This document shows, one piece after another, positions 54,383 to 64,000 of a stretch of DNA of 64,000 bases. Position 1 is the first letter of the stretch; the number at the start of each line of letters is the position of its first letter. The position numbers and the translations under genes are program-made. A model generated the notes under the pieces. That model saw only the letters and a list, made by a program, of their open reading frames with translations. It searched no databases and was not told where the DNA came from. The DNA comes from Tubiluchus corallicola (lineage: Eukaryota; Animalia; Priapulida), in contig JAQGDQ010000164.1 in the NCBI GenBank assembly GCA_030141605.1, forward strand, positions 62,001 through 126,000, given 5' to 3'.

Positions 54383-57300
54383 TTATGCCGCATAGCTAGA
54401 GTATCGGGATTGTGGCCGTGACCGACCATTTTGACTATGTGCATAACCATTCATGGAATGCGGTCCTCCATTCATGTGAATGTGGTTGCCTGTGCTGCCC
54501 TCTGGTAGCGCGACAGGGTAATTGGTGAAAACGGGTGTGTTTTGCACTGAAAATGCTCTGTGCCAACTCTTGGATCCAAGAGAATGAGGAACAGAGTCAC
54601 GTGTAATATCAGACCGTGCATCATGATCATAACTCTCTCGTGAATCTGAATTATACTGAGGCACAAAGCGGAACGGTATGCTGCTGCCCCATTCTGTGGT
54701 GTCTTTTGTAGAAAAATATTCTGGAATGTCCTCCTTCTTTTCTTCCTCTTTTTTCTTTCCGCAGCAGCGGGAACTTTCACATGGCCAGATACACAGAAGC
54801 AGGATGATTGTAAAAAGCAGGAGAATTCCCAAAGCTATGCAGAGTCCAAGCAGCAAATCAAACCATTTACATCGTTTTGATTCAAGAATTGGCTGAGCAT
54901 CTGGAACAATAGAAAAATCTGATATTATCATCGCTCAGCGGTTCCCCTGTATGGTGTGTTTGACTATTTGCGTTCAGGGATGGATTAACCATTAGGCTAA
55001 TAAGGCTTTAGATATGAGCCCTAAATTTTGATAACCTTCAGTGTCCTGAGACTCATGAGCAACTAAAGCAGATATTGTTATTTTCTAAGGGATAACAAAT
55101 TTATCAAAACTATTATCTTAGCCCGTTATCGTAGAAAAACGTTTTTTCTGACACTTATCTGAGGTCTTGGGGACAGTGCTGGGACAGGTTAACCTTCTCA
55201 ATCACGGTTGACTCTAAAACGGACTCATAACATGATCTGTCACTGTCATGGCTGCCTTGTACAATCCAATCTATCATTGGTTAGGGTTTGTCTTATTGTA
55301 GAGACTTTTCATTCCTACGTGTGAAAGTGTTTTGCTTAGTTCAACAACACTTGGCATCCTTACAAACAGAGACTTTTCACTCTTATTTGAACATTTTGCA
55401 CTAAAGTTTCACTTGATATGTTTGCATTGTAAAATTTCTTGCTTATTTGGTTCTCCAATGATCTAGTCGGCAAATTTAAGAGGGCCCCCAGCGATAACGG
55501 TTAGCCGATAAAAAATTAACCGGTTAACCATTTAAGTGAAACCTTAACCAGCCACAGCCATGCTTGGAGAGAAATTTATAACTCTTTAGAAAGAGGAGGA
55601 CTCCGACTACACAAAGATGTGGAACTTCGTTTGTTGTTAGCCTTAGGCCGGTAAAACCCTTAATCCAGCCCAGCTCACATTTATGAACAAATTTAGCAAT
55701 TAGAGGTAGTACAGCAGGGCCAAAGTACTTGCAATGCTAACAGAAACTCACATTTTGTTTTCATTTAAGATCACGACAGTCTTACAAAAAAATTATAAAT
55801 GTGTTGAGGAAAAACTTCCTGTCTGTTTCAATCTGTATTCAAGTGTTATCCTAGTAGCTTTCCTACGAGAGTAACCTGGATCTGTATTCAAGTGTTATCC
55901 AGTAGCTCAGCAATGAGACTAACCTGGATCTGTATTCAAGTGTTATCCAGTAGCTTAGCAATGAAATTAACCTGGATCTGTATTCAAGTGTTATCCAGTA
56001 GCTTAGCAATGAGACTAAACTGGATCTGTATTCAAGTGTTATCCAGTAGCTTAGCTATGAGACTAACCTGGATCTGTATTCAAGTGCTATCCAGTAGCTT
56101 AGGTATGAGACTAACCTGGATCTGTATTCAAGTGTTATCCAGTAGCTCAGCAATGAAACTAACCTGGATCTGTATTCAAGTGTTATCCAGTAGCTTAGCT
56201 ACGAGACTAACCTAGATCTATATTCAAGTGTTATCCAGTAGCTTAGCAATGACACTAACCTGGATCTGTATTCAAATGTTATCCAGTAGCTTAGCTACGA
56301 GACTAATCTGGATCTGTATTCAAGTATTATCCAGTAGCTTAGCTATGAGACTAACCTGGATCTGTATTCAAATGTTATCCAGTAGCTTAGCTACGAGACT
56401 AATCTGGATCTGTATTCAAGTGTTATCCAGTAGCTTAGCTACGAGACTAACCTAGATCTATATTCAAGTGTTATCCAGTAGCTTAGCAATGAAACTAACC
56501 TGGATCTGTATTCAAATGTTATCCAGTAGCTTAGCTACGAGACTAATCTGGATCTGTATTCAAGTATTATCCAGTAGCTTAGCTATGAAACTAACCTGGA
56601 TCTGTATTCAAATGTTATCCAGTAGCTTAGCTACGAGACTAATCTGGATCTGTATTCAAGTGTTATCCAGTAGCTTAGCTATGAGACTAAGCTGGATCTG
56701 TATTCAAGTGTTATCCAGTAGGTTAGCAATGAAACTAACCTGGATCTGTATTCAAGTGTTATCCAGTAGCTTAGCTACGAGACTAACCTGGATCTATATT
56801 CAAGTGTTATCCAGTAGCTTAGCAATGAAACTAACCTGGATCTGTATTCAAATGTTATCCAGTAGCTTAGCTACGAGACTAATCTGGATCTGTATTCAAG
56901 TATTATCCAGTAGCTTAGCTAGGAGACTAACCTGGATCTGTATTCAAATGTTATCCAGTAGCTTAGCTACGAGACTAATCTGGATCTGTATTCAAGTGTT
57001 ATCCAGTAGCTTAGCTACGAGACTAACCTAAATCTATATTCAAGTGTTATCCAGTAGCTTAGCAATGAAACTAACCTGGATCTGTATTCAAATGTTATCC
57101 AGTAGCTTAGCTACGAGACTAATCTGGATCTGTATTCAAGTATTATCCAGTAGCTTAGCTATGAAACTAACCTGGATCTGTATTCAAATGTTATCCAGTA
57201 GCTTAGCTACGAGACTAATCTGGATCTGTATTCAAGTATTATCCAGTAGCTTAGCTATGAGACTAACCTGGATCTGTATTCAAGTGTTATCCAGTAGCTT

Positions 57301-60300
57301 AGCTATGAGACTAACCTGGATCTGTATTCAAGTGTTATCCAGTAGCTTAGCTATGAGACTAACCTGGATCTGTATTCAAGTGTTATCCAGTAGCTTAGCT
57401 ATGAGACTAACCTGGATCTGTATTCAAGTGTTATCCAGTAGCTTAGCTACGAGACTAACCTGGATCTGTATTCAAGTGTTATCCAGTAGCTTAGCTACGA
57501 GACAAACCTGGATCTGTATTCAAGTGTTATCCAGTAGTTTAGCTGGAAGACTAACCTGGATCTGTATTCAAATGTTATCCAGTAGTTTAGCTAGAAGACT
57601 AACCTGGATCTGTATTCAAATGCTATCCTGTAACTTAGCTACTAGACTAACCTGGATCTCTATCTCCGGGTTCTAAGATGTATAAGCTTTGCGCTGTCAG
57701 TACTTCCCGTATGCTGTCTCCTGGAAGATAACTGGGAGAACCAGGATTACTACAATTGATCTGAAAATAAAAATCAATTGCTTTTATGAGTTTTATTAAA
57801 TTTTTGGGGCAATTTTTGAAGATCTGAACAATATTTAAATTTAATAATGTTTAATGGTTTACACAAAATATGGAATTGAGCTTTCTCAGGCTTATAACGA
57901 AGTCTTGCCACTTTTGGCTTACTAACACTTCAGTAAATATAAAATAGGCCTACAATATTAATGCAAATATCCATAGCGACTGAAGTGCAAAGTGTACGAT
58001 GGATCATTAAGGCTAAGATTTGAGAGAACCTCACCTGGCTAGCTGGTGCTTAAATTGCCCACTTAATGGCTTATGAATTTTTGTTTATGTACTCACCCCA
58101 GGGCACGAGCCTTGACAAATGACCACAATGCAGGTGATATGGATCCTCTGGCGATCATCAATGCGGAATGGTAAGAACGCAGCTCGGTACAGTTGTTTGT
58201 CTCCCATACGTTCAAAATCAAACTCTGTCATCAATGCGTGATCCACTGAACAACTTTAAAATACACATAAACATGTGCTTAAGTTGAATACGTTTAATAA
58301 GTATTGCAGTTTATAATTGTTTGAAATGAAAATTAATTATTTTTTACCAGAACTCTGTACATTATACAGCGTCATACATCTGTCTCTTACACTACATTAA
58401 CCAAGAGCCTGAAAAAAAGCTACATAAACTTGGATCTGACTGCAGGATAGTTGTGTGCCCAATTTGGTGCCTTGTATGGCTGTCTGTTTAAGAAATAGAT
58501 AAGAGAGGGAAATCTCTGAATTCAAGCCACCCTGGTGCCTTGCAGGGCATCTCTTTTACTAGAGAAATCTAGGTCAAGCACCAATATCAATGATTGGTGT
58601 CAGCAAGGGGATGAAAGCATCATCATACAGCCACAATGATGCCTCCAAATGACTAAAGCTAAAGACCGATTGTGATCTAGCTCCTGGCAGAAAGTGCTAC
58701 ATGCAACAAACATTAAGTGCAAAAAATGAACAGTGCTCAGTAGTGCCACACTGGAAGAGGAGGAAAATTGAGAAGATGCACAGCAGTGCCACATTGGAAG
58801 AGGAGATTTGAGAAGATGCACAGTCATGAAGTTATGACTGTTTGGAGAATGGTTGAAGACAGCAGATGTAGGCAAAGAGGATGATTATTGTTTTCTACAT
58901 GCAGAAGATAAGGAAGTTGGTTGCAAAGTTTGTGGATCAGAGGAGGTACAGTATAAGTTTTGGTGGTCAGAGGAGAGAAAAGGGACATTGAGAGTTAGGG
59001 GGATTGATGAGAAAGGAGATGGTTGAGGATGTAGTACATCTACAGTGAATAAATTCCGAAATACAATGAATGACTTGGTCAGTTAGTGTGAGGACGGGGC
59101 CAAGCAATGTGTTGGGAGAGCTGGTGAGCGTTGAAGCAGAAGGGTGTAGGCTAGTAAGCAGGCCAAAGAAGTCATGGAAGAGTTGTGCAAGATGGACTTG
59201 AAGAAAGAATGACACAGGAAGATGGAGACTGTGGCAAAAAGTCATAAGTACGTATATATTCGTTACCCTGGTTCTGCTATAAGCATAACTCGTTTATCAC
59301 TGCGATCTGCTGTTGCCTCACAAGATTTTACCCAATAATGAAAAGACTGCAAATCTGGAAAATTATATCATCTTTTAATAGAATTAGCTACTACAAATAT
59401 ATTTAATGCAAATACTTTCTTGACAATATAGACTAATGTAAACTGAATATGCATTTAGAGACACTCTGTAAGCACCTTCTACATTGCTAATGAGAAAAGT
59501 TTTATATTTTAACCTGTTCAATTTCATTTCATATCATCACCATTAAACTAGGATGCATCTGTTACATGGTCAGTCAAGTTTTTTCCACAATAGGGATAAA
59601 AATTAACCCCTCTGCAATCAGCATTATGGAAGTTGCTGTTTCCATTCTAACGCACAACTTGGGAGATGATGAGATGCGATAACTCTGCATTAAACATGAC
59701 CTTTATATTCAAAAACTTAAATTTAACCTATTTAGTAATAAGGTTTAATAAGGCTATCTTTTTATATAATTTGGAATACAGGCATCCACCATTCAATGTC
59801 AGGTCCTACTGAAATTTAATGGCTTTGGCGGGACTGGAACTTTACTCCTTATCAGGTTCTAAGATGCATCACTGAACCCATAAAGCCACGTTCAGAACGA
59901 ATCCCCGTTCAAGAAGAAAAACAGCCAGAATCAATGTTAGGAATGATCTCACCCAGAATCAATGTGAGGAATGGTCTCACCCAGAATCAATGTGAGGATT
60001 GATCTCACCCAGAATCAATGTGAGGAATGATCTCACCCAGAATCAATGTGAGGATTGATCTCACCCACAGCGAGTATTGAATTGGTTTACCCATCAGTTG
60101 ACTGAGAAGGTTTGGCATCAGCACCATTCTTAACTTTGGTCGACGAGCAAGACACTGTGACCACTCGTCCTATTATTATTTGGCAAGTCATTCAATTAAT
60201 AATATTAACTTAAACATTATTAGATTGGTTAAGTGCAGTTAACTAGTGATGCAAATAGTTACAGCATACCTCTGTGTATAGTGATTTGCGCTACATATGT

Positions 60301-63300
60301 TCTGTCTATATATGCTGAAGTTACAGGCACTTGTGGGAGAATTCCCTCTTTTTGCTTGTCAAATATTTCCATTTTAATCCCACTCACTGGAGTTCTGCAA
60401 AAATTTTAAAGTGGAGTTGAAGTAAATTTAGACTGGAACAACAGTAAGTATTTCAAGCAATACCACATGCGGGTTGAAAATTCTTGAAGAAAAATAAGAG
60501 GAGTGACTGTGACACTAATTGATGACCTACTGCATGAACTACAGACAGAATAAGCAACTACAACTCTTTCAATAATTCAGTCATTTTGGTCATGTAACAA
60601 TATTCATGTAGCTATAAATTTACTCATTACGTTTGTGCTTACCGTTGAAACCTCCAGTTTCAATAACCATACAGAACTTTCCATTTCCGACAGAAATATA
60701 CAAGTTTTGTTTGTATAAACAATTCACGCTCTCGACAGCGAAGATTTCAGATTAATAAAAATTATACGACAATAATTCGAACATCGATCAATATTCAAGA
60801 CCGTTAATCTAAACTCACTGCTAAAAATTTTGTATGAATCTAGAATGTTCAAAAGGATGATGCAAATAGAAATTGTGAGAATCTCAAAAAACGCCACACT
60901 CCTCGATGGAATTGACTAACCTATATCATCAGCTCTGTTTTGCTCTTAATGCAGTAACTGTGGTAGTGACTGTCACCTACCTATTCGATCCTATCTTGTT
61001 TAGCAAAATATTTTTAGGTACAGAGATTTTCTTTTAATGTTGTTGACATGAAATGTTCGCTTGTCGAAAATCCCACATTATCGTTTTGAAAATCTCGAAT
61101 GCCTTAAATAATTTTTAGTTAGTGATTTATGAAGCCGATACCGTTGCTCACACGAAGTGTTGCACTTGGTTTATACATGGTTTCCAAAGCGGGAAAGACG
61201 TTTTAACATTCAGCGCTTAAACCTTTCATTCGATACACTAAAACTTCTAATGAATGTGCTCTAGGACTTACTCTATTCTGCGCAAATGAATAAAATAAAC
61301 GTTAGTTAAATGTTCGCGCGAAAACAAGTAGCAACGTTTTAAATACGGCTAATAAAACGCCCGACCAACGAACCTAAACCTCGAGTGAACTTCTTTTATG
61401 TCAAGATAAGAAAATGAACGACATGAAAGACGGCATTAGTTTTTCATTAAAAAATGGCTAGTAAACGAATTAATTATTAATTTGGCAGTTGCTTAAATGC
61501 AAGCAAGAGTTGCTTTAGACGTCAGAGGGCGCTCTGACGTCTAATATATATATAAATATAATTACTATATTTGTATGGACAGGACCATTACGATGCAGTA
61601 GAGAGGCTGATGAAAATAACTGGCTTTTCACCTACCGTACAATACCGTGCAAAATTAATGTAATTTCTGTTTTTATTTTTCATACATTTTATCATAACAA
61701 AACAAATTAATTGAATTAAAAACACTTACACTGTATTGTTTGTGGAACCTGGCGTGCACTGAACGTTGAATGATTGATCTTGTGCTAGAACTACTAAATG
61801 ATGGAACCGAATAGCCACTTTATTTCTGTACAGTCTCCTGGGCTAAATTTGAACAAAACATATTCAAGTAAATATTTTTCCAAATGGAATTTTATTTTGC
61901 GACATGTTATTATTAGGTCTTTATTGTGGATTTCAAATTCTCATACTTTGAGTTCCAACAGGGCATTAAACGAAAATCACCTCATGCTTCTTGCTTGAAG
62001 GACGACATAGGATGTTTGACATAGGCAATAGGCATATCAGTTATAACGAAGCAAGCAGTTTTGACAAAAAATATTTGAAATGACTGGAAGAGGGCAAATG
62101 TAAGAAACGTAAAGATGGATACAGCGTAGATGAAACACGGCTTCGAGACACTTACACCAACGTAACTCGTTCCGCACTCGTTTAATCCGAATCGCAGCGC
62201 AGTCGTATGAAGCCCAGTTCCTATCGTCCGACACATTTCCTCGTGTCTGTGATCTATGACGTGAAGCATGCCAGAGTACGGTTCATCTGTGTATACTGTT
62301 ACTGTCATGGAGGAATTTGTGCAAAGTACTTGAACTGAAAAAAATCAATAACTCAGTAGACTCACAATAGAAATAGAATTAATACTTCCGCGAGAGTAGT
62401 CCCTTTAGCAGAACTCGTGATGGGCTACATAGTTTTTAAAACCACAACTATCTTTTTGTTCTGTTTTCCTAAAGTCATTTATGCGCTCATTTGCTCATTC
62501 CATCAATTCTTGTAAGTCTGTACACCGCCGGCCTAAATCATTATTAGGCCTAATCTTCAACTGTTTGCACACAACAGTTTTTACTTTCGAGAAACAGGTA
62601 TCCATTGTTAGTAATTATTTTGCTTACCTACTTAAGAAATTGATTCATTAGGTCCAGCTCCTTCTGACTATTATTAATGCTTTGAACAATCATCATTGGA
62701 TCACTTATCTTAGAAATAAGCGTTACCAAGACAATTTATTTCTATTTTCGTTTAAATGAAAAGTGTTGTGTACTACATTGTTTATGAAATGAGATACATG
62801 ACAAAATATAATAAGTACAAGCAAAAAAGTGCAAGACTTTAGAGAACCTCTAAACTTTATAAGGTTGAGACTTTAGAGGATCATCCTTCCGATCATTCTT
62901 TTCAGGTTTTCCAGATTATACGAACCGTCACTGACTACTAACACTGACTACTGAAATCTGTCCTCCATCGTATCTTATAAGTCACCAAATTTCGCTTACA
63001 TATCTCCTTACGGTTTCTGAGTTGAACCTAATCCTCAGCCTTAAAACACTCAAACAAGGTTACTAACTGCCCTAATTCAATATTTTCCATGGTACCCTAC
63101 TTTGGTCGCCCATCCACTTACTGCAGTTTTAAGTCTATGGCTCACGGTTTTGTGTTAATTTGAACAAATGAATGAATGAATCAATGAATGAATAAATAAG
63201 TGAATGAACGACAGATTCATTTAATGAGGGTAGACCTCTAGGTGTGCGTATAAACGCAATACTTCTTTTCTCATCGAAAGAATAATCTGCTATTTTATAT

Positions 63301-63892
63301 TAACTTAAGCAATAATTCTTGTGTGCTACATTGCATCGAGTCGTCTAACATTGTCCAAATATCCAGCTCTTAACTATGAGTAAAAGGATGTAAAACGACT
63401 TGGTAAAATAACAGTTAACACTTTATTACACAAGTTACAAGAAAAATCGCTTCTCGCAAATAACACAACTAATCCAAATCCTCATAAAGAAAAGCGTGGT
63501 GGACATCTGATTATGTTAAAACCTCTTTTCTGGCTTCTATCACAAACGATTTACAGAGCAACAAACAAACAGGTTGCGCATAGACGTGAGGCGTGAAGAA
63601 AACGAAGATTAAGACGGTGTTTTCAGCATCAAACAGAAGTGACAAAAACACCGTCATCAGCTATAGAAGCCATTTTAGAGCTAAAAGTCAACAATGTTCT
63701 GAGACCACTTTACAAATCCATGACACTAACGATGTTAAGTGAAACAAAAGAACATCATTATACTTATTAGGCCTAATTACTTATTTACGAAAAACATGTG
63801 AAACAAGCAAGTTACTGAGAAACTAATAGCCACAACTTACCTCGAGGATTAAATTGTACGTTGGATAAATCATTTTCTGTCTGTGCTAAAAC
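54383..63892 (-). CDS. Zona pellucida (ZP)-domain single-pass membrane protein (cuticlin/dusky-like); start codon right of window. Exons 63892-63841, 62334-62156, 61842-61730, 60394-60270, 59354-59267, 58253-58097, 57760-57652, 54900-54383
   Basis: VQVLCTNSSMTVTVYTDEPYSGMLHV...C...FGLNECGT...YRNKVAIRFH...FNVQC (ZP-N); VKSCEA...GCSVD...FLPFRI...IHITCIVVICQGSCPGINC (ZP-C); hydrophobic TM LLLGLCIALGILLLFTIILLLCIW followed by a lysine cluster; all phases consistent. Confidence 0.88.
54975..55673. mobile_element. Possible hAT-like MITE
   Basis: Imperfect terminal inverted repeats CAGGGATGGATTAA ... TTAATCCAGCCCAG; no clear 8-bp TSD. Confidence 0.45.
55831..57659 (-). repeat. 48-bp minisatellite, about 38 copies, overlapping ZP-gene exon end and donor
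   Basis: Minus-strand unit AGATCCAG|GTTAGTCTCATAGCTAAGCTACTGGATAACACTTGAATAC; the first copy is the true donor after exon 57760-57652. Confidence 0.98.
59925..60066 (-). repeat. 28-bp tandem repeat, about 5 copies, ZP-gene intron
   Basis: CTCACCC recurs at 59948, 59976, 60004, 60032 and 60060; minus strand GG|GTGAGA. Confidence 0.92.
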
Positions 63893-64000
63893 CTGAAACA
63901 AAAAAAAACTCTGAATATTACAATTTAGATTTCATTATTAAATACAGAGTTTGAATGCCCATCCTATTAAACCGACTCATATACTAAGTGGTATCCTTAG

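Noticed and set aside
55892-57676. Plus-strand hydrophobic repeat ORFs
   Set aside because: Antisense translation of the 48-bp array.
58430-59245. Purine-rich intronic segment with two minus-strand ORFs
   Set aside because: Probably a decayed retroelement, but I found no diagnostic motif; the ZP exons join across it.
60643-60745. Candidate ZP exon ending at a GTAAG donor
   Set aside because: No phase-compatible open frame; neighbouring exons join directly.

Overview
AT-rich, intron-rich eukaryotic (invertebrate animal) genomic DNA, not prokaryotic. I reconstructed five protein-coding genes by hand from GT-AG exons: EEA1-like (minus, 5' part only, two tandem C2H2 fingers) head-to-head with dihydrolipoamide dehydrogenase DLD (plus, complete, 13 coding exons); a BTB-BACK gene with an unspliced CDS and a MATH-like C-terminus (minus); NRF1/ewg/P3A2 (plus, complete, 11 coding exons); and a single-pass ZP-domain protein (minus, start outside the window). 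Introns and intergenic DNA hold decayed CR1/L2-type LINEs, tRNA-derived repeats, MITEs and about 12 unrelated minisatellites. The main observation: five of these unrelated minisatellites, in four different genes and on both strands, begin exactly at an exon/intron junction. Four of them reiterate the authentic 5' splice site, three with exon-terminal bases, into the intron. Several units read as GT...CAG mini-introns. Most long ORFs in the supplied track are repeat artefacts.
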